A stretch of 60,789 nt of DNA, the filler included, from Globobulimina sp. (taxonomy: Eukaryota): the NCBI GenBank assembly GCA_003354225.1. It is 12 parts of 12 records of this genome, joined end to end, with 100 filler letters (N's around TTAATTAATTAA, not from the genome) between each part and the next. Parts side by side here need not be neighbours in the genome. Positions count along the whole stretch, not along the records: positions 35,541 to 40,515 come from PIVH01000802.1; positions 40,616 to 45,587 come from PIVH01000803.1; positions 45,688 to 50,657 come from PIVH01000804.1; 9 more parts are not named here. The stretch is one strand, 5' to 3'. A program made the translations under genes and the position numbers. The notes below the pieces were generated by a model, which was not told where the DNA came from, searched no databases, and saw only the letters and a program-made list of their open reading frames with translations. This document shows positions 36,009 through 48,600 of this stretch, one piece after another. Positions within the stretch are counted from its first letter, which is position 1. Every line of letters begins with the position of its first letter.

Positions 36009-38860
36009 TCAATTTTGATGAATATTTTTATTTTGAATAAGATTAAGATTTTTATCATATTTTAATTGCATCAAATCAGCAATGGGAAACAAAGTTGGTC
36101 TTCCATGAGCACATTGAAATGGTAATTTACATTTCGACAATGCTGATAACAAATTTCTCATTTCTTTCTCATTCAATGCGTCACCAAACTTTATGGCAGA
36201 TCGACATGCTTTTGATGCCAAAACACGACGGACACATTTTGGAATATACGACTGGATCACATCAACATCCATTATACTGATATTATGCAGCAATTCGCGC
36301 AATTCATCCACAGATATTTTTGAACCATAAATCAACGGTGTTTGAAAAACCTTTATTTTACAATTATTCTTTGCATCATTCGAAGTTAAAATTTCATATT
36401 GAAATCCCCATTTTTTTATCCATGCACAGTTTTTATTCAATGCCTCAAACTCTTGATATTCAACAAATATCTCATACGGATCTGATAACTTTGTTGTTTG
36501 TATACGAAATGAATTTGGTCCCTTATCGCCACATAAAAATGAAGTTAATCTCTCAACTCTCACCCTTTCGTCCGCAGCATGTTGGTCCACCAATATTATC
36601 ACACCAATTCCAGTCTGCTTCTTCTTCAATTTTGTGATAATCCATTTCTTATCAATTTGGCCAATGCCAAATAATTTTAATAAACATAAATCTTTCTTGG
36701 ATATGACAATATCATTAGTACCAATATTATGTATCGGGATTTCTTTTTTTTCACTGTTATTACAATGGAGGCATTTCTCTCTCCATTCTTTTAAAATTGA
36801 TGACAATTTTATTTCACCTTCGATGATATCCATTATATGTTTTGTGTCATGGCACTTATTATTTGTCTCTCCCATTGCAGTGCCAGTTGTATTTGCGTCC
36901 AATCCTTTAAAATCTGGTAAGTTAAAACCAAACAAATGCTCTCTATTTGCATTCAGCAACACAGCATCCATCAAATCATTACTTTGCTGATTTGCAATGA
37001 TGACACTCTGACTCTCTTTGCTTGTGATTTTGTTTACGTTTTGCGGAATTGCTGGGAAATAATCATTGAAAAATGTATTTGTATTTGTTGATATTAGTTC
37101 ATCCAAATCATCATCAAAATATTCTGACACTAACTTCTGTTTTTTATGTCTATTCTCGTTATTTATAATTATATCTCCATTATCAATCTCAGACAACTTT
37201 CTTTTTTTCTTTTTCTTCCGTTGTACTGACCATAAATGTAATTCTCTTTGCTTTCTCTTCGTAATTTGCCATGGCGGTGACGGCGATTCTGAGACTAATG
37301 CAGGGTCAGAGGGTGATGTTGATGGCGTGGAAAGAACACTGCATTCATGTAATGGCGCTGTGAGTTCGTGTTCTTGCTCAATATCGATATCATTTCCTTT
37401 TGTTATGTCTTCGCATACTAATTTTTCTTCATTTTCCTGCAGTTCATCTCTTATAATATCGCCGCATGTGTTATTACCATTTACTTCAATGTCAATTATT
37501 TGAGAAAATGCATCCTTCCATTCATTCATCTGTGTTTTGTCAGTACTTTGTATCTCAAATAAATAAAACAAACATATCACAAAATCAAACTAAACAAATT
37601 TCAATGAAGGATACAGTTTATACGCCACGCACAATAATGTATATTGCAACATCTTTAAAACTTCCTCTTCATTTTTTATCAAAACGTGCAATTTTTTCGT
37701 ATCATTTTCCATCTTTGAACATATGATTAATTAACATTTTATTGCAAGAAAATACAACAAAAAGGGTCGATGTAGTAACATACCACAATATTTCGAGGGT
37801 TTGTTTCAATGAAAATGGCAAAAATGGGATATTTATGATGTTTGTTTGCTTTATGAGAATACCATGGAACTCTCGAATTAATGTTTGTATTCGAGGAAGA
37901 GTTCATATTTAAATTCATAACATCATCATATTTAAAACATTTATTTATTTTCATTAACAAATCGATAATATTTTGATAAATTTTATTGTGTTGAATACAA
38001 CGTTTATTTAAGAATATAAATTGCCAATTTTTCTTATGATATAAGCGTTGAGCATCGCATATGACGCCCCATATTCTGACATTCTCATCAAAATTAATAT
38101 TATTTCTATTTTGAGAGAAGTCATCGCTGTCAAAAGTATAAAGATATTTAATTAAATGCGGATCGATGAGTGAGGACAGCACAAATTTCGGCGATGAATA
38201 TCCTTTTGATTTACATATAACTTTATTGACTTTTTTATCACAGTGATTTAAAATAAACTGTATATCGTAATGTGCGACTGCCCATTTTATCAAATTTGAT
38301 TGTAACGATATGGCTGTTTTTTTGAATGTTTTTTTATCATTTTTTGCGCCAAATATTTCTTTTCTGCGTATTTGAAGATTGAAAAATATATCTTTTACGA
38401 TAATAATAGTTCCATTCGTTTTATTTTCTAAATATGAATGACTTTTTACTGTTTTGATGTTGTTTTGTATTGAGATTAATTTTGAGCCACGCATCAATTT
38501 ACTGCATGTCTTATGATTATATCTGTTTTTTGAGATAATTTGTAACATTGATATTTGAGATAAGGAACATAATGCCTCGCCTTTATAACCTAAAGACGTG
38601 ATACCACGCATTGTATCATTCACTTGTTTTGATGTATGGTGTCGTTGACCAATGTTTTGCATATTTTCAAATGTTATGCCATCGCCGTTATCACAAATGG
38701 TTAAACAAAATGTGTCTAAATTGATGCTAATTTCAATGCTTGTGGCATGTGCATCTAATGCATTTGCTATTAATTCATCAACAATGCTGTTAAAATCAGT
38801 TAAAATAAATGATGATCGCATTAAAGATCGAGTTGATTCACAAAGCTTGTGGATTTGCAT
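36009..38860 (-). CDS. MLH3: MutL homologue MLH3; intron(s) between about 37560 and 37785
   Basis: GHKL ATPase ELIANALDAHAT...DNGDGI...TSK...GYKGEAL. C-terminal GQIDKKWII, DQHAADER, ACRSAIKFGD and FQCAHGRPT are MLH3-type signatures. Confidence 0.92.
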
Positions 38861-38953
38861 AACGTTTGTAAAGCCTCCGTTAAATGAACATCGTCTAAAA
38901 AGATAAAAAACTGGCACTTCAGAAATAAACATCATAAACCAAATTTTTAAAGC

Positions 38954-40270
38954 ATGTCAACAAGTTGGAATCTACAAACAAAAGTATCAGATTTAAAGTT
39001 CACAGTACCTCCTCATGTTAAACCAATCCGTGACAAAATATTAAAATTTGTGGAAGAAGAATGTTATCCAGTTGAAAAAAACAAAAAAACGCGACTTATG
39101 GCCATCGTTAAATTGCAGCAAAAAGCAAAGGAATTGGGGTTATGGGCACTAGGACATCCCAAAGAGATTGGCGGCCAAGGAATGCCATTTAGAGACTATA
39201 TTTATATCAATGAAGTTATAAAATCCCCCATATAGCTACCGAAATACACCACACACACAACCAACTTATAGGTACAGGGCCGTTGTGAATTGGCGCAAGT
39301 CGCACTTGGTACCCACAGCTTGCAGGATTCATTAATGCTACACAACCACGCTTCGCCTGCAATTAAACACAAGTACTTGACTGACATTGTGGCAGCTCGG
39401 ATATACCCATCCTTTGCCATGACTGAGCCAGGCATTGTGTCCTCCGATCCAACCGGCATCAAAACGAGAGCTGAGTTGAGCACAGACGGCACGGAATGGA
39501 TCATCAACGGACATAAATGGTGGACCAGCAATGCGGCTGTAGCGGCTTTTACAACTTGTATGTGTCGAACTGAATTTGATGCCAAACTATCCATATATTT
39601 GTCATTCAGTATCATATTGGTCCCAACGCACAGCAAAGGATACAAAATAGTGCGCTCCACATCGGTGTTAGGCACACATTATGTGCCGCACAATGAGGTT
39701 ATTTATGACAATGTGCGGGTGCCCTATGCCAACATTATCGGTAAACGAGGACATGGTTTCTTGATTGCGCAGGAACGGTTAGGTCCAGGTCGCATATTTC
39801 ATTGTATGCGGTGGTTGGGGCAAATGCAGAGAGCGTTTGATTTGATGTGTGGCCGTTTGGTGCAGCGGAAAGTGCGCGGCGGTAAGAAATTGTTGGGAGA
39901 TTTGCAGTTAATGCAAAAGCATGTGTTTGATAGTTACTGTGATATTTCAGCACATCGATTGATGACTATGTTTGCTGCGGAAAAAATGGATTCTGGCAGT
40001 TATGCGAGGATTGAATTGGCTGCGTGTAAAGCTAATGGCGCACTCGCTTTGTGCCGGGTTATGGACAGAGCTGTGCAGGTTTTTGGTGCCAAGGGCTTGA
40101 CGGACGATACTCCGTTGGGAGAGATGTACCGCCATGCACGAGCTGCGCGGTTTTATGATGGACCGGATGAGGTGCATATGGCCACTGTGGGGAGGTTAAT
40201 GAACAGGGAGTATAAAAAAGGGAATAGATATGATTTTAGTGCTGGCACATTTGTAAAATCAAAAATATAA
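38954..40270 (+). CDS. Acyl-CoA dehydrogenase (stand-alone ACAD10/11-like) with a PTS1-like SKI end; intron 39215-39271
   Basis: KAKELGLW, FAMTEP...SSDPT, WIINGHKWWTS, GFLIAQERLGPGRIFHCMRWLG and RFYDGPDEVH. The 57-nt phase-0 intron removes a TAG. Confidence 0.95.
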
Positions 40271-40641
40271 GTTGTAACATTCATGTTTGCAAGTTGCTCA
40301 CTCAAAACATGCACAGCCATTCAACAAAACTTTTTGTTCGGGTCTACAGTTTGTCGTTTGATATAACCAACAAAGGTTATATCTGATGGAATGATACAGC
40401 GATTTTACTTATCGGACTTTTTCTTCTTCTTCAAAACACTAAGAAATCAATTTGCGGATTATCAAGCTTGCATTCTGTGAAAAGTGGAAAATTTCAAGTA
40501 ATTCTACTCTCTAGTNNNNNNNNNNNNNNNNNNNNNNNNNNNNNNNNNNNNNNNNNNNNTTAATTAATTAANNNNNNNNNNNNNNNNNNNNNNNNNNNNN
40601 NNNNNNNNNNNNNNNACGCTGCGCATCAAGCCAATAAATCA

Positions 40642-43600
40642 ATGACTTCGCCGCAAATACACAATCAATTCATATCTTATATGCGGCGGCATAGCAAACA
40701 CAAACAAAGCAAACACAAACAAAGCAGTTCGATGTCGCATTTTGCCATTAAAAGAAAGCAGAAAATGAAAAGAAAGCATGTTTTGCCAGAATTGGACATT
40801 GATGCTTTGATGCGGCAAATTGAGAAAAATGCGAAACAGATCGATATGATCGGCAGCATTGTGCCGAAACTGTACGAGGCACAGCAACATTGCCACAGAT
40901 TTATGACTCAATTATCGAATCAGTGCATATCCACTTTTATCGCGCCCGCTGTGCTCGGCGACCAGTTCTCAAATCCGGACGACCCGTTTGCAGAGTTCCT
41001 GCATTGTATGGGATTGGAACTCCACAAATTCCAAAGCATTGAGAGCAAATATTTGCATGTCATGCAGCACAAATTTGTGCTAAATGTAGAAAAACTGAAT
41101 GTTGCGAGCTTTGACAAAGTGAGGAAATATTATTCAAACTACAGACAAAAAGCAAATGAGTGCGCCGACCGCGACAATGCAAAGAATGAGAGCTTGTTCT
41201 TTGAATTGAGGTATTTTTGTGATGTCTATATAGTATCAAATATAAAATATAAAATATACAGTTTGTTGAAACTCAAATTGCGAAATGAAATGAATGCGGT
41301 TCAGATGCAGACAAATGTGGCGTTGCTGACTGACATTGATTTGTATTGGAAATCTTACAGAAATTTATTGAAAGCCCAAGCAAACATTTTATTGCAAAGC
41401 AAAATGCGGACTCAAAGTATGGATGCATGGCATTCTGACGCCGACGAAGAGGATAATTACTTTTTTAATTCGCAATGGCAGAATGCGCAGCTTTTGAGCC
41501 TCGACATCGATGCAATTGACCAACAGGTTGGATTCAAGAATATTTATAACGACATCGTAAAATACCCCGTCAAACTGGGAAAGAATAAGCAGTGCAAACG
41601 GGTCATTTATGTGGATAAAACAAACAAAATCATCAAAATATTGACATTGAAAACGCAAATTCGAAGCTATGCGTTTCACGAAATCGACAAAATCGAGAAA
41701 GAGTACAATTTGAGTGACATGGACCGATTATCGCTGCGGTTCAACGACAACAAACAATATTTTTATCAGTTTGAGTCCGCGCGAAAAAGAGAGGAATTTA
41801 CCGGCGAATTGCTGGAATACGGCAAGAATAATCAAAAATTGCTGTCCATCTTTGTGGGTTCCTGGAATGTCGGCGACGGTGAGTTCGATGCGGCGAATAT
41901 TTCAAATTGGATTTCGAAAGCAAACAAACACGATTTGTATATCATCGGTTTACAGGAAGTTAAGTCCAAACTGAAAAGTAAATGGGTCCATGGCTTGTTG
42001 GCTTACATCGACGACGGCGACGAATACAAAATATTGAATAAGACCTTTTTGATGGGAATAGGTATGATTTCTAATCAATATTTCTATTAACAAAATGATG
42101 CGGTTTTACTTGCTTAATTTCTGCAGGGATCATCACCATTATTCACCAGAGCCATATCGCGAAAATCTCCCATTTGCAATGTCAAACCGTGGCGACGGGC
42201 AAAGGGAACATCATAGGAAATAAAGGCGCGACTTCGGTGTCGTTCCAGTTCATGGAATCGACCTTTTTGTTCGTGAATTGCCATTTGGCCGCAAGGGCTG
42301 AGCGGTTTGAAAAAAGAGCGCAGAATTTTACGCGCATTGTAAAGGAATTGAACTTAGGCATTTTGAACGACGTCGACGTGTTGCACCAGTTCAGCCATAT
42401 CATATGGTTCGGCGATTTGAATTATCGCATTGAAAAGGACTGGCATTCAGTGCTGAAGTTGGTGGCCGATGGGAATTGGGACGAATTGCTAAAATATGAT
42501 CAGTTGTATCATCAAATGAATTTTGAGGCGGTATTTAGTGGCTTTTGTGAGGGGAAAATAGCATTTTGTCCCACGTATCGATGGGAGCGGACAGAGAATG
42601 TGGTGTCGAATAAGAGAGAGCAGCCGCCGTCATATACGGACCGCATTTTGTACAAAACATTGGAGAACTCATTGGATTTATGGCAAGAAGAGTATGAGTC
42701 TGCGAGCAATTGTTTTGGCTCCGACCATCGACCGATTTTTTCGATTTTTAAGTTCAAGCCGCGGATTCCTTATTTTTCATATTCATTTAAAAGGAAATAT
42801 AGCAAAATAAAGATCAGTTTCGCTGAGTTGAGAGTTATTTTTACGAGCAAGGAAATCGCGAATAACATCGATGTTAAATATCCAATGGAGATAAAGTTTT
42901 ATTATTTGCATTCTTCGCCAAATCAACACATAGTGAAAAACGGACAATTTATGAAAACAGGTTTGATTTTATTTTATTTGGTTTTAGTTGGTGTTTTGAG
43001 ACATTTTGTTGTTGTGAAAGATAATTATTTTTGTTGGCGGAGTCTGGAATTGGACAATTTGAAAATTAATCCATTTGTAACCGATCCATCTTTCATTTGT
43101 AGCACGCACATTTTCTGTTCATTTGTGCAGAAAACAAACATCATCGGACATTGTGTCATTTCTTTGTTTGACACGTTTCCAAAAACGTTGTTAAACACTA
43201 CAAAGATGAAAAATAATTACTTTAATACCAATAAACACATTGAAACTATGAACAATTCGAAAATAAAAAAACTATTCAACAACGAGAACAATACAAATTG
43301 CAAAAAATTCAATATTAAGGTGTCCAAACATGGGGTAAATATTGGCACTGTTGAGGGGATGTTGTGTGTCGACGGCAAATTAATCCGGAAACATATGAGG
43401 TATTCGACGATGACCACAATGACCGCCATTAAGAAACAGTATGTTTTTGATAGCGATGACAGCGATGATGTTTACGACGATGACAGCGATGATATTTATG
43501 GCGATGATATGAAAGAAAATGAAAATAATTTGTTAGATCTGGACCAATGGTCATGTCAATACTGCACTTTTTTAAATATTAATGATGAGTCAAAGATATG

Positions 43601-43763
43601 TCAGGTTTGCGGCGGACATAAAGACAAATTTATTTATCAAATACAGTTGAATCAATTGAAAGATATGGGATTTAATGACGAGGTCAAAATTAAAGCACAT
43701 CTTATGGCGCAAGCTGGCAATGTTGATCGGGCCGCACATAACTTGTTATTAAATGAGAATTAA
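40642..43763 (+). CDS. Inositol polyphosphate 5-phosphatase (SHIP-like) with N-terminal BAR-like and PH-like regions, a C2-like region, a RanBP2/NZF zinc finger and a UBA domain; intron 42062-42126, probable in-frame introns 41211-41261 and 42961-43020
   Basis: GSWNVG, IIGLQEV, GNKGA, FVNCHLAA, WFGDLNYRI, PSYTDRIL and GSDHRP catalytic motifs; WSCQYCTFLN...CQVC; LKDMGF...NVDRAAHNLL. Confidence 0.92.
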
Positions 43764-45388
43764 ATTGTTTTATTCATTGTTTTGTATATAATTTATTCAT
43801 CGCACATTTATTTGATTGCTTGTGTTTTTTTTCCTTGCTGTCCATAATATGCAAAGAGAGACCAAATGTTTTCCACTCAGAAAGAATGGTTCCTGAAAAA
43901 TCTCAAATATATCCGCGTGATATTTGTCGGCTGCTTGTCTGTTGCTATAATATCTGGAATTTACGGTTTTATGAGTAATATTCAGTCAATTCAAGTGTGG
44001 CATAATCATAATGAATGGATACATGATGTAATGGTTGTTTTTGATGGAATTGAATGTGACGGAATATCCGGCTATAATAAAGAATGTGACATTATGGCAC
44101 AAAAAATGGCCAATTCAAGTTCAACTCATGATGAATGGAAATGCAATCTATATACAGATTATTCATCTAAAGCATTATTCGATGATATTGATTTTTGTAG
44201 AGATTGGTTCATTGTATTAATTAGTTTTACCTGCCTTTATGGTTTATTTTCAATCATTCATGATTGTTCATTAATTTATTATGATAATCTGAATGAAATA
44301 CAATTTTATCCTTCCACTGAAGAAGATTTTTATTTTTTTTACAAAGCAAAACATTATTTCGGAACCATTTTTTACAAAACAACACAGTTAGTAGACTCTA
44401 TTCAAATTTCGTGTTTGTTTTGTTTGTTTATACCAATTGTTATTTTCATGATGTTATTTATTTATATTGCGATAGCTACATCGGCATTGGGTGCTGTATT
44501 GGATATATTTTTGAATTTATTCATTTATTTATTTACAAGATGTTGTTGTGGTAAATATAAATGCAATTCATTCGCATATGTTTCCTCTTCATGGGTTGCT
44601 ATATCAAGATCAATGATAATAAGCTCAACATATTATGCAATCGGTAGAATAACATTGGGTTTCGGCAAATCAATCACTTCCATGGATCCAACACAGTGTG
44701 AATGTCAATGTGTTTATACTTTTAGACAAGAAGATTTCTACCAATTTATATTCGTAACATATACATTGATGCTGTTAAGTGGCTCATTTTTATGGTCATG
44801 GTTTAAAGAAAGTATTCATTTGAAAGATTATTATTATTTAATTCAATTTTCGCTGCCCGCTCAATTAACAAAACAAGTGAATCTGAAAGATTGTACTGGA
44901 AGTATGATGGAACAGCCTTCATTAAATCTGAATGATATCGATATGAATATTCGTTCGGTTGAGGAAAAAAATGATTTGGATCTCAAAGTAAGAAGAAAGG
45001 AGTTTAGCAAAATTAGTTTCTTTTGGAGAGCTCTTATTTTGACTATATCGATAATGTGTTTTGCTGGAGGAGTTGTGCTCAGTTTGCAGGGAATTGTATT
45101 TTGGAATATTTATGATTATTCGTTAGGAATTCGTTTACTTTTTGCTTTTATTTCATTTGTAATGTTTTTTATAGAAATTTATGGTGCAGTGTGGTTTTGC
45201 AGCTATGCAGACAGAGAATTAAAAAAAGCAATGGATCCTTTGGAACAGAAGTTGCAAAAAGCTGATGATTTATTGCAAGAAGTTTCCAAACTACACTATG
45301 TTATGGCACAAGCTGACAATAACTTATTATTAAATGAGAATTAAATTGTTTTGTATATAATTTATTCAGCGCACATTTATATTTGATT
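43702..45388 (+). repeat. Diverged direct-repeat pair, 43702-43817 and 45301-45388 (last codons, stop and 3'UTR of two adjacent genes)
   Basis: Both copies read TTATGGC.CAAGCTG.CAAT...ATAACTT.TTATTAAATGAGAATTAAATTGTTTT...GTATATAATTTATTCA.CGCACATTTAT. Confidence 0.92.
43866..45344 (+). CDS. Multi-pass membrane protein of unknown function
   Basis: Intronless 492-aa ORF with about 7-8 hydrophobic segments and Cys-containing loops. Confidence 0.8.
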   Translation: MFSTQKEWFLKNLKYIRVIFVGCLSVAIISGIYGFMSNIQSIQVWHNHNEWIHDVMVVFDGIECDGISGYNKECDIMAQKMANSSSTHDEWKCNLYTDYSSKALFDDIDFCRDWFIVLISFTCLYGLFSIIHDCSLIYYDNLNEIQFYPSTEEDFYFFYKAKHYFGTIFYKTTQLVDSIQISCLFCLFIPIVIFMMLFIYIAIATSALGAVLDIFLNLFIYLFTRCCCGKYKCNSFAYVSSSWVAISRSMIISSTYYAIGRITLGFGKSITSMDPTQCECQCVYTFRQEDFYQFIFVTYTLMLLSGSFLWSWFKESIHLKDYYYLIQFSLPAQLTKQVNLKDCTGSMMEQPSLNLNDIDMNIRSVEEKNDLDLKVRRKEFSKISFFWRALILTISIMCFAGGVVLSLQGIVFWNIYDYSLGIRLLFAFISFVMFFIEIYGAVWFCSYADRELKKAMDPLEQKLQKADDLLQEVSKLHYVMAQADNNLLLNEN

Positions 45389-45687
45389 TGTAAAGAAAGT
45401 TTTTTAGTGTCGAGCACGAGCCAAGTCAGCCAACAAGAATATGAAGACACAACAAAGTCTTTTTTTAAAGGAGATGGGAAAACAAGGCTTTGTAACTCGT
45501 GTTAATTAAAGTCGGGGGCTAGCATCTTTAATGGTCTGGAAAAATAAATAAACTGCACAAAAGAAGGTGCAGAGACCAAAAATCATANNNNNNNNNNNNN
45601 NNNNNNNNNNNNNNNNNNNNNNNNNNNNNNNTTAATTAATTAANNNNNNNNNNNNNNNNNNNNNNNNNNNNNNNNNNNNNNNNNNNN

Positions 45688-48600
45688 ATTCCTCATTGCC
45701 GTCACTATACTCATTCTCGTCCATCGCCAACGCCTTAAAATTTTCCTCCAACTCTCTCCATATCCATTTGGGTAACCATTTCGGTCGTTTCTTTGGACGA
45801 TTTCGCGCAAACTTTCTATACATTTTCCATGGAATATGCGCATGTCGATGCAAATGAAAATGTCGATGATGATGCGGATGGCCAAAGCGAAATCGATGTC
45901 GATTATGCGGCGGCGGCCTATGTAGTTTGTGCCGCATCATTTTCATTTTCATTTTCTTCCGCAATTTCTTAATCTTTCGCTTATATCGTTTCAACGCATT
46001 CTTCATCTTTTTATTCACTTTGTTCTCGCCGGTAATCACCGTCGTTTCCTTGTGAATTTTTTTCTTCTCTCTCTTGATCCGTTTCTTCTCCGCGCGGATC
46101 AATTTCTTCTTCATTTTATTCAATTTCTTCATCCGTTTCAATTTGGCTTTTTTGATCTTTTTCAGTTTCTTTTTCCGCCGTTTCTTCAACTCTTGCAATA
46201 TTTGTTTCCTTTTTTTGACCCGTCGCGCCTTACCAGGATGGCACACATGTTTCCGGTGCAACTTTGCACCGCCAACAAACTCTAAAAACTCACATAAACA
46301 CAATTTGCGGCCAAATATGTTCATGCATTTCTTTTTTAGTTTGCGTGAGGATAAGGTGACTACGGAAGAAATCTCGTCCCATTTACTATCATCTAACCAA
46401 TCCATATCATATTCATCCGTCACTTCGTTGGTCACCACCCACGAAGACTCACTGTCGTCAATGAATGAATCCATAGTATCATCCTCCTCCTCCTCCTCCG
46501 ACACTGCATCTTCGTCGTCGTCGTAATAATATTCATATTCCATATCGCCATCGTCATCATAATAATACTCACCATCATCTATTATATAATAATCGCCTTC
46601 TTCACCTACCACTGCACCAAATGTATCATCATCGTCAGATTCAGATTCATATTCATATTGATAGTCAGAATCATAATCATAATCATCAAAGTCCGCCAAA
46701 TCGTCACCAAATTCATCCTGTAATGCAGCATATTGCCCATGTAATATATCCGGGGTTAATCGGAAATGTTTATGTGCACCGACTTTGACATTCACTTTAA
46801 ATCCACCATCACCACTAAATGTAGCACAGACTTGTGACGATTGTAAGGTTCGGCATTTTTGTATTTTATCACCATCGTACACTTTAGAGGCATGGTACGG
46901 TGTTAATGCGTCATATTCATTGCGTACATCCTGCATCAAATCTAATCTATGAATCTCATCCCAATCACCATCATTCTTAAATTCTAGCACCATATCACTT
47001 AATTCATCATTGATAATCTCGCTAAAATCTGCCTCCTCGTAATAATGTTGATTGTAATATTGTTCGTAATCATCATAATCCTCATAATATCCATCATCCT
47101 CATCCTCATATTCATCATAGTCATCATAATCATAGTCATCATCGTACTCATCTTCGTAGTAATCATCATAGTCATAGTCATCGTTGTATTCATCGTTGTA
47201 TTCATCGTCATATTCATCGTCATATTCATCGTCATATTCATCGTCATATTCATTATATAGTTCCATATCAATCAACCTTCGTCGTTGATATTCATCCTCG
47301 TCATGGCGTCGATGTTTCCTTTTATGAAAAGTATGCTCCATTAACTTCATTTTAACACCTTCTTCGTTGGGTTCCTTGAGGAGAAAATCATTCATATCCT
47401 TCATTGTACGCATATCTCGCCCTTCATCATCATCATCATCCACACTATGTTTCAATGTTCCATCCCTATTAAAATCCGTATCCGTATCACTATCCATATC
47501 ATCATCATCGTCTCCATCACTGTCCCATTCGTCAAATCTATCCGCATCACCGTAATAATTCCCTTCCCGACTTCCTTCAGAATAGTCGCTATATTTCTCT
47601 TTTAAATGCCGCGCTTTTTCATCACTTTCATAATATCCATACTCGTCATCTAATCTTATCACATCATCATCGTACATGGCATTAAATGAACGCGATCGCG
47701 ATTCTATGTCTTGTATGGCCTGTTCTGCGGCATCCTCATCATCATAAGAGTCATAATCCGCATATCCGTCATTATTTTGCCCGTAATCGTAATATGTATC
47801 GTCTTCATCATCATCATCGCCGTCCATATTGTAATAATACTCATCGTAACCATATAAATCATAATATGCATTGTCAATCTCCTGCGTACTGGCGGCCTCA
47901 AAGGCGATGTGATAGCCACCATCGGTGGAAGAGACACATAATTTATGATCTAAGCCGGGAATGGCAACACTGCATTTGGTCGCAGCTTCGATCGAGTTCC
48001 AATCTTTATCATCATGGAAATTAAAGCCACGATCATCGAAATAATACACATAATCACCATAGGCATCGTAACCAATATCTAATATATCAGTGAATGCTTC
48101 TTGTTCGTCCGTGGTTAAACCATCCATTTCCATTACATCCTCGTCTTCGAGTCTGGCGGAGGCCTCTTTGGCATCGCAATTTAGACATTTAAAGCCAGCT
48201 AAATCCATCAATTCATTTTGATGCAATTTGAATCCCAATGCATCGCCGTAATCGACTGCGTATAATATTTTTTTTTTAAGTTTAATTTGACAAAAAAATA
48301 TCATTTCCAGTTTCAAACTGAAACACGGGACACAATTGGCGAGTAATTGCATGTGTTATAAATACAAAAAAATATAAAAAACTAAACATTTTTCAGCATC
48401 AAATACGTTGTTATTATCAAAATATTTATAGCCATAATTATAAGTCCACCATTCATCCAAACTGTCAATATTTGTATCCTCATCGTAATAATTTGAATAA
48501 AAATCATCATCTAAATAAATTTCGTTATAATAATCACCGTAATATTCAGCATCGTAATCACCAAAATAATCTTCATAATCTTCATCATAATCATCGAAAT

